Of a DNA stretch of 64,000 nucleotides, positions 8,901 to 15,967 are shown one piece after another. The stretch comes from Psychrobacter sp. UBA6766 (lineage in GTDB: Bacteria; Pseudomonadota; Gammaproteobacteria; Pseudomonadales; Moraxellaceae), in contig NZ_DKGQ01000020.1 in assembly GCF_002453355.1 (NCBI RefSeq), positions 2,613 through 66,612 of the forward strand, read 5' to 3'. The notes under the pieces are model-generated. The model was not told the DNA's origin, made no database searches, and was given only the letters and a program-made list of their open reading frames with translations. Positions within the stretch are counted from its first letter, which is position 1. The number at the start of each line of letters is the position of its first letter. Both the position numbers and the translations under genes were made by a program.

Positions 8901-10142
8901 CTGTCGCCCTAACGCTAGTGAATTAGTCTTAGTGGCATCAGCTTCATTCCCTAAGGCCGTTGAAGCATATCCTTGAGCATTTGCTTCAGTGCCTATAGCA
9001 GTAGCAAAAGTACCATCTGCTGTAGCTGCAATGCCGGCTGCCATTGAGTTTCCACCTATAGCACCATCGTTATTATAATTGGCTTTAGCTACTCCATTAT
9101 CATTCACGCTGTAGTAACGAGTTTGGCCTTTACTTACAACGTTAGCTAATGATTTTAACTGACTTACGTTCACAGCATCACTGTCATTGGTACCAGCCGC
9201 TAGGTTGACAATCTGACGAGTGCCGTCTTTAGCATTGCCAATAGAAACTGCACCAAGGTTAGTGCTGTTGGTCGCCTTGATAGCAGTTTGGTCGGCTGCG
9301 CTTGCACTTGTTGGTGCAAAACCTAATGCGCCGCTAGCAACGTTGGCCACTGACCTTGAGCCTAGTGCTACCCCATCTTGGGTCGAAGAATTTGCTCCTA
9401 CACCCACTGCTAGTGCGCCTTGTCCAGTGGCTGCTGATGCTACGCCAAACGCTGATGAAGCCATACCGGAAGCGCTCGAATGAATACCTATGGCAGTTGC
9501 TAGATTACCAGCTGATCGCGCTTTGGCGCCCATAGCAATAGAGGCCGCTCCACTAGATTCAGTATGTTTACCATATGCATCCCATGACTCTAACAAATCT
9601 CGCCCAGCATATTCATGAAACGTCGTATTGACCTGACCACTATTTAAGGCACCTGTAGATATGCTGCCATCGTAGTCGGTTTTAGAGGCTGCATCTAAAT
9701 CATCACCACCTATAGCAATAGAAGATGCTCCTGATGAGACAACGTTTGCGCCAATGGCAATAGACTGTTCACCACTTGCGGTGGTATTCTGACCACTTGA
9801 ACCGCCACCAATGGCTATGCCCTGACTTCCTAAGACTGTCGCATTCTTGCCTATAGCAATACCATGAAGAGCGCTTACCGTGGTATTAGTTCCACACTCT
9901 ACTTCTGCGCTTCCATTGCAGGGACTAGCTGTCGCCTGCATACTAAATCCAGCCGCCATTAACCCCAGCCCTATAGCAGTGAGTCGAAAAGCATTTGTAG
10001 ATGAAAGATTGGATGTGGTATTGATGGTAGCGTTTGAGCTTACGCTAGATTGTGATGACTTACCGCGCGCTTTGGCGTACTCAGAAACTGCCATAAAACA
10101 GTTTAAAGACACATTCCATATCACTTTATAATTCCGGTTCAT
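2907..10142 (-). CDS. trimeric autotransporter adhesin (YadA/UspA/Ata-like), 2411 aa
   Basis: It has an ESPR-type extended signal (MNRNYKVIWNVSLNCFMAVSEYAK). It contains dozens of YadA-head/Hep_Hag-like repeats (SIAIG, STALG, SVALG...). Neck/HIM-like DAVNVSQL / DAINGSQL motifs recur many times. The C-terminus is a YadA-type membrane anchor (...AGISAAMAMSSLPQ...GGGIATYNGESAVAIGFS...GAIGAGFHFD). Confidence 0.95.
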   Translation of the reverse strand: MNRNYKVIWNVSLNCFMAVSEYAKARGKSSQSSVSSNATINTTSNLSSTNAFRLTAIGLGLMAAGFSMQATASPCNGSAEVECGTNTTVSALHGIAIGKNATVLGSQGIAIGGGSSGQNTTASGEQSIAIGANVVSSGASSIAIGGDDLDAASKTDYDGSISTGALNSGQVNTTFHEYAGRDLLESWDAYGKHTESSGAASIAMGAKARSAGNLATAIGIHSSASGMASSAFGVASAATGQGALAVGVGANSSTQDGVALGSRSVANVASGALGFAPTSASAADQTAIKATNSTNLGAVSIGNAKDGTRQIVNLAAGTNDSDAVNVSQLKSLANVVSKGQTRYYSVNDNGVAKANYNNDGAIGGNSMAAGIAATADGTFATAIGTEANAQGYASTALGNEADATKTNSLALGRQSKATGVNSTALGWEASASAENSMAMGREAKAEGANNIALGRAANTFGRNSTALGFQASASANNSMALGTEAKASTAKSIALGEGATATHEGSVALGSGSLADGLTLGVFAYQPLDKNGNPIGVVAPTASSELSVGAVSNERRITNVAAGATDTDAVNVSQLKSVVAYTDDTVEANKTRFYNVNSTDSTRGNYNNDGAIGVDAIAVGVDAQAAGDRAVAMGKRAQAAMDGATALGSNAYAKGIDATAVGNRAQAGRNSIALGMDANALNSGTVALGTQSFAGQGATVVGTNAKANGKDSTALGRFAKANDTDSVALGSFSETATAVGTSNVVLVNRTYNFAGAVPKGTVSVGSVGNERTITNVAAGRISDTSTDAINGSQLYATNSAVNKNSSDIDLGLNFTGDNSVTTVNRKLGDKLTVKGGATTALSDKNIGVVADSTNNSLTVKLAKNIDLGASGSVKMGTRSPWGLGSVTTIDDSGMRTGSLLANTDVNGLGVFVNGPLGIPSTTLTVDGLNIIGGPSVTRSGGIDAGNKRITRVSNGIDPTDAVNLSQLTGAAAGSRTEVKAGTNIVDVGKTVGDKGQDVYTVNAKGTTATAGSSAVTVNGNEVDSNITDYTVDLSQDSKDSLAKADSALQTVVTQIDGQTVKTIKQDNNTANFMKGSNIVLTAEDGGIKVALAKDLTDLSSANIGGVTISSTGINANNTQIKGVKAGSAGTDAVNVDQLGTAISSNKTKYYSVNSTDGTNDLNEGATGQNAMAMGRNAVASGSQAISIGSSAGGQKTTASGHQSIAIGANSVSTGASSIAIGGDDLDVASKTNIDGSLASAINKGDVNDKFKAYTGHDLVESPPYKINTESGGAASIAMGAKALSSGALSTAIGVQSASAGVASSAFGVGSSASLEGSVALGAGSTTASNATKELTMSVGGSRYNVAGAAQAAGDQVSVGSKGMERQIKNVASGAVNASSTDAINGSQLHATNDRVNINTGNIQTNKETIAKGVAFKLNGTTKSYALGEPIQVDTDANITVVGAGNGAKFGINKNLTGLNSATFGGVVISQSGLNNGSKQITNVASGVGNDSNAANIGDVQTIAGGLKTIVAKGTNIKDVTKSTVNGQDTYTVNADGASVSGGSAAVSVSAGAKGANNVTDYKVDLSQGAKDSLVKADSALQNVVTQIDGQTVKTIDQDNNTANFMKGDNILLTEENGGIKVATAQDMVLNSVKMGNTTISKDGMTIVAPTLARTVVLNSTGLNNGGNKITNVKAGEMGTDAVNVDQLNLANTIIDKGLSFGGDSGEDVNRKLGDTLTVKGGDTVDSDPATKNISVTANGKDTLTVRLAKDINLGNTGSVTTGNTQVNNAGITLYNGDNDQVVLSNNGLNNGNNKIINVVDGMLSPNSKDAVNGSQLFKTNENIAKGIKFDLNGNTKTYALGEAIQVATDANITTTAFGNGAKFGLADTIKIGGTSPNAVSIDGMAGTVKGLSNTTFDANATYSGGQAATQEQLSGLQSGINSTFDKGISFGGDSGTDVKRKLGDKITVKGGVSDSAKLTDSNIGVIADKDTNTLTVKLAKDLTGLNSASFGSNVNVSSTGFRAGDTLVNQNGFTFVGEGGQTRTVMLSNSGLNNGGNKITNVARGEATTDAVNVEQLNEVKQSAADANKGWNVSAQGANTSTVKPGNTVDLNNTDNNITVSKTAESNNVSFNLSKDIAVDSVTTGDATLSSSGLNIAGGPSVTKNGIDAGGNKITNVAKGDIEIDSKDAINGSQLFEFVSLVNTQTTAIAEMGAGLNFDADSGPVINKKAGSDPLKFKGGNNITTTSEDGSIKFDLNGNINVDSVTTGNTTVNNSGVTIKNGPSMTAAGIYAGNAENAPSMTAAGINAAGTKVTNVADGMAPRDAVNYGQLEAVTRGLGGSINELGYRIGEVEDDANAGISAAMAMSSLPQAYIIGKPMIGGGIATYNGESAVAIGFSKMSNDGRWVMKLNGTADTQGNVGGAIGAGFHFD

Positions 10143-10321
10143 AGCATGTACTCCCTTACCGACTCATCAGATTTGAAAATCAAAGTTAAAATCCATGTTT
10201 AGAGAGTTAATACGACAAGATAAAACGGGTTATAAATTAATAGGAACGCACGATACATTTAGAAATGTTACTCAGAGCGATACTTAAGAAATAGTACGTC
10301 TCGTTTTGTAAAATCATTATA

Positions 10322-10359
10322 ACTCTCTGTATATGATTATTAATGAATATACAGAGAGT
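10322..10359. promoter_or_regulatory. 13-bp perfect inverted repeat (ACTCTCTGTATAT N12 ATATACAGAGAGT) about 180-215 bp upstream of the adhesin start codon
   Basis: Read directly from the sequence. Arms are at 10322-10334 and 10347-10359. It lies in a 470-bp non-coding region upstream of the minus-strand adhesin gene. Confidence 0.4.
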
Positions 10360-10612
10360 AACAATGCCGTTCGTCGGAGATTTACTACCGTTCATCGGAT
10401 ATATTCATAAACATGAATATAATCTAGTGAGTAAATTTCTTTTACTGGTTTTTTCTTATTAAAGCTTATCCTCCATCCAAAAAATAATCATCTACATAGG
10501 TTAAAAATGGCTAGATAATATCTCGAGATTATCTGTACTACTTCCCTTATTCGACTGCGATTTGTCTCATATTCATCCTCGTTTTTAACATGAGGACATA
10601 TCCTAATCGTTG

Positions 10613-12160
10613 TTATTGAACAGGTAACACAATCTGCACCACCAAGCCTTGAATACCATCTTGGCGGTTGTGAATACTAATTTGACTTTTATGAGCGACG
10701 ACAACCGCGTGGACGATTGCCAATCCCAATCCATAGCCGCCTGTTTCCCGATGACGTGCGCTATCAAGGCGTACAAAGGGTTGGAAAATACGCTCTACGT
10801 CTTTTTCTGCTACCCCGCCACCTTCATCTGTGATGCTAATTTGAATGGCATCTCTTTTGTTAGCTAACTTTGTTTTTGTTGCTTCAGCAGTGACGGTTGA
10901 GCCAGACGATGTATGCATAAAAGCATTTCGAATGATGTTTTCAAGGGCGCTATGTAACTGTTCTTGGTTGCCAAGTACGGTTACAGGTGCAGATAATAAA
11001 TCATCAGGCGGCGTCCATTGCCAACGCACATTTTTATGCTGAAACTCAAAACAGACGTCTTTACCAATTTCAGTGATAATATCAACAATATCTACGGCAT
11101 CATTTTCCAAATTATCGATAGTATATTGCTGCATTTGCAAAGATTGAATATGAATGATTTGCTCAATCAGCTCATTCATGCGTGCCGATTCTTTATCGAT
11201 ACGATCGAGATAACGACTGGCATTGGGCGCAAAATCACGCGTCAATTCAGTCGCGACATCAAGACGCGCGAGTGGTGAGCGCAGCTCATGCGAGATATCG
11301 CTGAGCATTTGCTTGCGAGCAAGCTCACTCTCAGCCAATCGCGTCGATAACTGGGAAACGTCTTTTGCCAATAACCCCAGCTCATCAGAGCCTAATTCTG
11401 ATAACTGCGGATTTGCCTCATAGTCTCCATCAATCATACGATGGACGGTATCTTGAACTCGACCGATGCGTCGAGCTAACGTACGGCTGAGCCAAAAGCA
11501 GACCAGCACGCTAAACAGAATAATGAGAAGCAAACGCACGGTGAAATTACCCCGTTGCAACTCCAAAACATCAGTAAAACGCAGATGCGGACGCAATTGT
11601 ACAATAGCCGTTTTTCCGTCAGGCAGCTCTACGGTTAAATCTGCCAATTCTGGACGGTCATCAGGCGTAGAAAATGCTTCTCTATTAGGCAACGCTGGTT
11701 GAAAAATCTCACTGAGAATAAAAGGTTTTTCATCAGTGTGGTCATCTGTATTATGATAAGTGCTACGACGGTCAGACATAGAGTACGAGGATACGGAATT
11801 GTTTTTTTCTTGCCTATTTTGTTGTCGCTCTTCCATATAACGATAGCGCGGAAAAATAATAGCGCCCTGCTCGTCATAGATTCTGATTTGGCTCATCAGC
11901 CGGCGGTCTTGACGATACAACTGCCTAACAGCGGGGAAATTTCCAGTTTGTAATGTTTCAACCACTTCTTGACGCTTGAGTAAAAGACGCTCAATTTGCG
12001 TGTCCATCCGCGCACTTAGCTCTCTGTTATTAAGCCAGCGCTCTACCATAATTGAGACAATAGAGGTAACTAGAACAGTCAATAATAGGCTTAGAAATAA
12101 CCGCCAAAATAAGGTGATTCGTGGCTTAAATGTAGAAGTATTTATCAATGAGTCCGCCAT
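10613..12160 (-). CDS. cpxA: sensor histidine kinase, CpxA-like (2 TM, enlarged periplasmic domain, HAMP, HisKA, HATPase)
   Basis: The H-box MLSDISHELRSPLARL, N-box ALENIIRNAFMHT and G-boxes ITDEGGGV / ETGGYGLGLAIV align closely to E. coli CpxA as I recall it. Its start overlaps the response-regulator stop (TAATG at 12158-12162). Confidence 0.65.
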   Translation of the reverse strand: MADSLINTSTFKPRITLFWRLFLSLLLTVLVTSIVSIMVERWLNNRELSARMDTQIERLLLKRQEVVETLQTGNFPAVRQLYRQDRRLMSQIRIYDEQGAIIFPRYRYMEERQQNRQEKNNSVSSYSMSDRRSTYHNTDDHTDEKPFILSEIFQPALPNREAFSTPDDRPELADLTVELPDGKTAIVQLRPHLRFTDVLELQRGNFTVRLLLIILFSVLVCFWLSRTLARRIGRVQDTVHRMIDGDYEANPQLSELGSDELGLLAKDVSQLSTRLAESELARKQMLSDISHELRSPLARLDVATELTRDFAPNASRYLDRIDKESARMNELIEQIIHIQSLQMQQYTIDNLENDAVDIVDIITEIGKDVCFEFQHKNVRWQWTPPDDLLSAPVTVLGNQEQLHSALENIIRNAFMHTSSGSTVTAEATKTKLANKRDAIQISITDEGGGVAEKDVERIFQPFVRLDSARHRETGGYGLGLAIVHAVVVAHKSQISIHNRQDGIQGLVVQIVLPVQ

Positions 12161-12861
12161 TACAATACCAGCTGATAGCCTTTACCACGAACCGCCTTAA
12201 TGGGTTCATTATGAAAAGGCTGAAGTTTTTTACGTAAGCGCGACACGTGCACATCAAGGCTGCGATCAAACGGCTGCAGTTCACGCTGTAAGACATGTTG
12301 TGATAGCCACGCTTTACTCACCACTTCGCCTTTTTGTTTAAGTAACGCCACCAACAAGTCAAACTCTGTTCCTGTGACTTGTAACTCGACGCCATCTATT
12401 TGGCAAAGTCGTTGATTTTGATCCAAATGCAACCGGCTCTCTGGCAGTGGCAAGTGCTCTGAGGCGGCAGCACCAGAGGCTGTTATACGGCTACGTTTAA
12501 TGACTGCGTTAATACGTGCCAGCAGCTCACGCGGGTTACAAGGTTTGGTAATATAATCATCGGCACCAAGCTCAAGCCCAACAATACGATCAATCTCCTC
12601 ACCTTTTGCCGTCAACATAATTACAGGAATATCACTGATAGCAGGCAGCTGGCGCAGGACGCTGAGCCCATCTGTTTTGGGCATCATAATATCTAGCACT
12701 AGTAGGTCATAAGGTGTGCCATCATGCATCGCTACTTTTAAACGTTCGATAACCGCTTCGCCATCATGCACACAGTCACAGCGAATACCGTGATTATGCA
12801 AATACTCTTGCAACAGTTGGGTCAACTCTTCATCATCGTCACCCAATAAAATATTTGCCAT
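12160..12861 (-). CDS. cpxR: OmpR-family response regulator, CpxR-like
   Basis: It has a receiver domain (DDDEEL..., LLVLDIMMPKTDG, VIMLTAKGEEIDRIVGLELGADDYITKP). Its winged-helix domain (LQVTGTEFDLLVALL..., PFDRSLDVHVSRLRKKL, VRGKGYQL) is close to CpxR. Confidence 0.7.
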   Translation of the reverse strand: MANILLGDDDEELTQLLQEYLHNHGIRCDCVHDGEAVIERLKVAMHDGTPYDLLVLDIMMPKTDGLSVLRQLPAISDIPVIMLTAKGEEIDRIVGLELGADDYITKPCNPRELLARINAVIKRSRITASGAAASEHLPLPESRLHLDQNQRLCQIDGVELQVTGTEFDLLVALLKQKGEVVSKAWLSQHVLQRELQPFDRSLDVHVSRLRKKLQPFHNEPIKAVRGKGYQLVL

Positions 12862-13050
12862 CGTTATTCTCCCTACCCTCTCTACGTTCTTGCCACTCAG
12901 TCAAATGCTTACCCAAGCATGCCATAGTGTGGCGTACATTATCATGCAAGCGCCCACCAAGGCGCCACAAACGTTACCTTTCTTAATATTTCATAAATGT
13001 TCGTAACTTCTAGCTGTCGTATGATAGCGGCTATCAGCAAAAAACACTGC

Positions 13051-13105
13051 TGGCAAGTAGTGATTAATAGTAGCTATCCGGGACACTATTAATCACTACT
13101 TGCCA
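13051..13105. repeat. perfect 21-bp inverted repeat with 13-nt spacer in the cpxR/cpxP-like intergenic region
   Basis: TGGCAAGTAGTGATTAATAGT (13051-13071) and ACTATTAATCACTACTTGCCA (13085-13105) are exact reverse complements. They are flanked by CAAAAAAC (13038-13045) and CAAAAAAAC (13108-13116). Confidence 0.9.
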
Positions 13106-13173
13106 TACAAAAAAACCTCTGTTCTTAATAAATAACGTTTGCACCATAACTTAAGGTAACTATTAAGGTAATA

Positions 13174-13719
13174 ATGATGAAAAAATTAATCATAGGCTCA
13201 GTACTTGCACTTTCTAGCGTTCTAACCGTGACGGGTTGTACCAGTGTCAACGCCACGACTGATACGACGTCAGCAACGCCAACAACGACCAGCATGCAAA
13301 AGCAGCATAAATCTGGAATGAAAGACGGCATGCGTAAAGGTGGTATGAGAGGCCCAATGGCACAGCTAGATTTAACAGCGACGCAGCAAGCGCAAATTAA
13401 AGCCATTATGCAAGAAAAATACAGTGGTCACAAAAACGATCGTAGCAAATATCAAGCAGAACGCGCACAAATGCAACAACAAATGCAGGCGTTGACCAAT
13501 GCAAAAGCTTTAGACAGTGCGGCTGTCAACCGCCTAGCCGATCAACAAGCGGCAAAAACCAAGCAGCGCTTTATTGAACGCGTGCAAACCGAGCATGCGA
13601 TCGCGCAAGTCCTAACCCCTGAACAGCGTCAAAAAATGGCACAATTAAAGTCAGAAAGAAAAGCAAAAGGTCATCATGGTTCAAAACACCGCCCAATGCG
13701 CGGCAAAAACCCACAATAA
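13174..13719 (+). CDS. CpxP/Spy-family (LTXXQ) periplasmic protein, predicted lipoprotein
   Basis: The signal peptide carries the lipobox VTGC (MMKKLIIGSVLALSSVLTVTGC). It has two LTXXQ motifs (LTATQQAQIKAIMQE; LTPEQRQKMAQLKSE) and a basic tail. It is divergent from cpxRA-like genes, as in the E. coli cpxP-cpxRA layout. Confidence 0.65.
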   Translation: MMKKLIIGSVLALSSVLTVTGCTSVNATTDTTSATPTTTSMQKQHKSGMKDGMRKGGMRGPMAQLDLTATQQAQIKAIMQEKYSGHKNDRSKYQAERAQMQQQMQALTNAKALDSAAVNRLADQQAAKTKQRFIERVQTEHAIAQVLTPEQRQKMAQLKSERKAKGHHGSKHRPMRGKNPQ

Positions 13720-13784
13720 GGTTTGTCATTGACTGCCATGCTTTAACGAGAAATGTTATATTTAAAAAATATATCCTAAAAAAT

Positions 13785-13811
13785 GCATCGGTTAGCCGGT
13801 GCGTTTTTTTT
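13785..13811 (+). terminator. rho-independent terminator after the CpxP/Spy-like gene
   Basis: GCATCGG-TTAG-CCGGTGC (one G-U pair) is followed by G and T8. Confidence 0.7.
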
Positions 13812-13966
13812 GTTCAAAGATAGAATTTAACCTTTAAGTGTAGTGAAATACTGTTATAGTATTTCTAATTAAAAAAGTAGCCGGTATACTATATTTATGC
13901 TTATTTGTTAACCGTATTGGCTATTTTTTCCTTAACCTTACCCACCCTCGTAAAAAGGACTTTGCG

Positions 13967-15901
13967 ATGTTAACTTTGTTTTCTTCTTCCCACCCGAGCC
14001 AATCTCCAACCCATAAAATAAAATCTGCCGCGGTGATTATCAGCAGCGCCCTGTTAATTTCTGTTTCTACTTATGCCGCAGAAACCAATCCTACTAAAGC
14101 AAAAAACACCATTAATCCAACCTCGATTAACACCAGTGCCATTAATCTAGCGATTATGACCGACAATCCGATCGTATTGTCTGAAACGCAGCGTGTGACA
14201 ATAGCAAAAAACAATACGGTTAAGCCAACAACCAATGCCGCCAAAACCGATCAAGCTATTTACTCAGCTGACGCCATTCATCACCCTGTTTGGGCAAAAA
14301 ACGGTATGGTTGCAAGCCAAGAAGCCATCGCCTCTGATGTTGGCTTAAAGATTTTAAAAGATGGTGGCAACGCTGTTGATGCTGCCGTTGCTGTTGGCTT
14401 TGCGTTAGCCGTCACGTTACCGCGTGCAGGTAATATCGGCGGTGGTGGTTTTATGATGATTTATGATGCCAAGCAAGGTAAAACGGTGGCGCTTGATTAT
14501 CGCGAAAAAGCTCCAAGTAGCGCTTCTCGTGATATGTATCTTGATAAAGACGGCAATGCGGTTAGTGATTTATCCCGTTATCATGGCCTAGCCGTTGGCG
14601 TTCCGGGGACGGTAGCAGGATTACTCAAAGCGTTAGACGATCACGGCACCATGAACCGCGGGCAAGTCATGGCGCCAGCGATTGCGTTAGCTGAAAATGG
14701 TATTGAAGTTACCGCTGGCTTGTCCGAATCGCTAGAAGCCTTGAGTGATCGTTTGCAAAAATGGCCAAGTACCAAAAAGATATTTTTTAAGCCAGACGGC
14801 AGTGCCTATCAGCCAGGTGAACTACTACGTCAGCCGGATCTGGCAAAATCCCTTAAATTGATTGCCGCAAAAGGGTCTGACGGTTTTTATAAAGGAGAAA
14901 CAGCACGTAAATTGGTTAAAGCCGTCAATGAGGCTGGCGGCAATATGAGCTTGCAAGACTTAGTCAATTATGAGGCTATCGCTCGTAAGCCAGTCAGAGG
15001 CGAGTATCGCGGTTATGAGATTGTCTCGATGCCGCCCCCATCTTCAGGCGGTATTCATATCGTGCAAATCTTAAATATCTTGGAAGGTTATCCGTTAAAA
15101 GACTATGGTCAAAATAGCGCGCAGACCATTCATTTAATGGCAGAGGCCATGCAGCTTGCTTACGCCGATCGCGCCGAGTATTTAGGGGATTCTGACTTTA
15201 TTGATGTTCCTGCCAGCGGATTAACCTCACAAGCTTATGCCGATAAACTGCGCAGTTTAATTAATCCAAACAAAGCCACACCTGCTTCTACCGTCAAGGC
15301 CAACAATCCATTACCGTATGAGAGTGATCAAACCACGCACTTTTCTATTGTTGATAAAGACGGCAATGCGGTGGCCAATACCTATACGCTGAACTTCTCT
15401 TATGGAACTGGGCTTGTCGCTGAAGGTACGGGGATTTTATTAAACAATGAAATGGATGATTTTTCTGCGAAACCTGGAGTTGCTAATGCTTATGGCTTAA
15501 TCGGCGGCGATGCGAATGCGGTCGAAGCTAATAAGCGACCGTTATCTTCAATGAGTCCAACTTTTGTATTTAAAGACAGCAAGCCTTATATCGTTACTGG
15601 AAGCCCGGGGGGCAGCCGCATTATCACGACTGTCACGCAAGTCATCTCAAACGTCATTGACCACGATATGAATATCGCTGAGGCTACCCATGCACCGCGT
15701 ATTCATGACCAATGGCTTCCCGATGAGATTCGTATCGAGAAAGCACTAAATGTCGATACGATTAAAAAATTGGAGTCTATGGGACATAAAGTCAGCCCGC
15801 AGGAAGCAATGGGTTCAACGCAGTCGATTATGATGACGCCAAATGGCGTTTATGGCTCTTCTGATCCGCGTATTGTTGATGCGGCGGTGGTGGGATATTG
15901 A
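13967..15901 (+). CDS. ggt: gamma-glutamyltranspeptidase (Ntn hydrolase) with long N-terminal signal/linker
   Basis: It has GGT family motifs throughout (GGNAVDAAVAVGFALAV..., the autoprocessing/catalytic site SDQTTHFSIVDKDGNAV, GSPGGSRIITT). Confidence 0.9.
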   Translation: MLTLFSSSHPSQSPTHKIKSAAVIISSALLISVSTYAAETNPTKAKNTINPTSINTSAINLAIMTDNPIVLSETQRVTIAKNNTVKPTTNAAKTDQAIYSADAIHHPVWAKNGMVASQEAIASDVGLKILKDGGNAVDAAVAVGFALAVTLPRAGNIGGGGFMMIYDAKQGKTVALDYREKAPSSASRDMYLDKDGNAVSDLSRYHGLAVGVPGTVAGLLKALDDHGTMNRGQVMAPAIALAENGIEVTAGLSESLEALSDRLQKWPSTKKIFFKPDGSAYQPGELLRQPDLAKSLKLIAAKGSDGFYKGETARKLVKAVNEAGGNMSLQDLVNYEAIARKPVRGEYRGYEIVSMPPPSSGGIHIVQILNILEGYPLKDYGQNSAQTIHLMAEAMQLAYADRAEYLGDSDFIDVPASGLTSQAYADKLRSLINPNKATPASTVKANNPLPYESDQTTHFSIVDKDGNAVANTYTLNFSYGTGLVAEGTGILLNNEMDDFSAKPGVANAYGLIGGDANAVEANKRPLSSMSPTFVFKDSKPYIVTGSPGGSRIITTVTQVISNVIDHDMNIAEATHAPRIHDQWLPDEIRIEKALNVDTIKKLESMGHKVSPQEAMGSTQSIMMTPNGVYGSSDPRIVDAAVVGY

Positions 15902-15934
15902 TATAAATTCTTATTTTTCAAACAATTATTATAA

Positions 15935-15967
15935 AAAGCGCTCCACGTTTTTAATGTAGAGCGCTTT
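15935..15967. terminator. putative shared hairpin between convergent ggt and GNAT genes
   Basis: AAAGCGCTC / GAGCGCTTT form a 9-bp stem with a 15-nt loop. The T-run is weak, and the hairpin overlaps the GNAT stop codon. Confidence 0.35.

Noticed and set aside
3213-9483. The ORF track lists many plus-strand ORFs inside the adhesin gene, for example 3394-4116 (240 aa), 7276-7767 (163 aa), 7774-8073 and 9220-9483.
   Set aside because: They lie antisense to a 2411-codon ORF with unmistakable TAA domain architecture. Their translations are low-complexity Leu/Pro/Ser/Thr strings produced by reading Gly/Ala/Ser/Thr/Asn-rich repeats backwards. They have no RBS or motif support.
10568-10600. Possible terminator after the kinase gene (TCCTCG TTTTTAACA TGAGGA).
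   Set aside because: Only about 5 bp of pairing with the T-run inside the loop. This is not convincing as an intrinsic terminator, so read-through from cpxRA-like genes toward the adhesin gene cannot be excluded or claimed.
13151-13174. Tandem TTAAGGTAA(C/T)(T/A)A 12-bp repeat just before the cpxP-like ATG, considered as a CpxR box.
   Set aside because: The half-site spacing (12 bp) and sequence (GTAAC/GTAAT) do not match GTAAA-N5-GTAAA. The element abuts the start codon, with the second copy supplying the Shine-Dalgarno sequence, so it is too far downstream to act as an activator site.
13125-13406. 93-aa minus-strand ORF overlapping the start of the CpxP/Spy-like gene.
   Set aside because: It overlaps a well-supported plus-strand gene that has a signal peptide and LTXXQ motifs. 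The Cys-rich hydrophobic translation looks like antisense noise.
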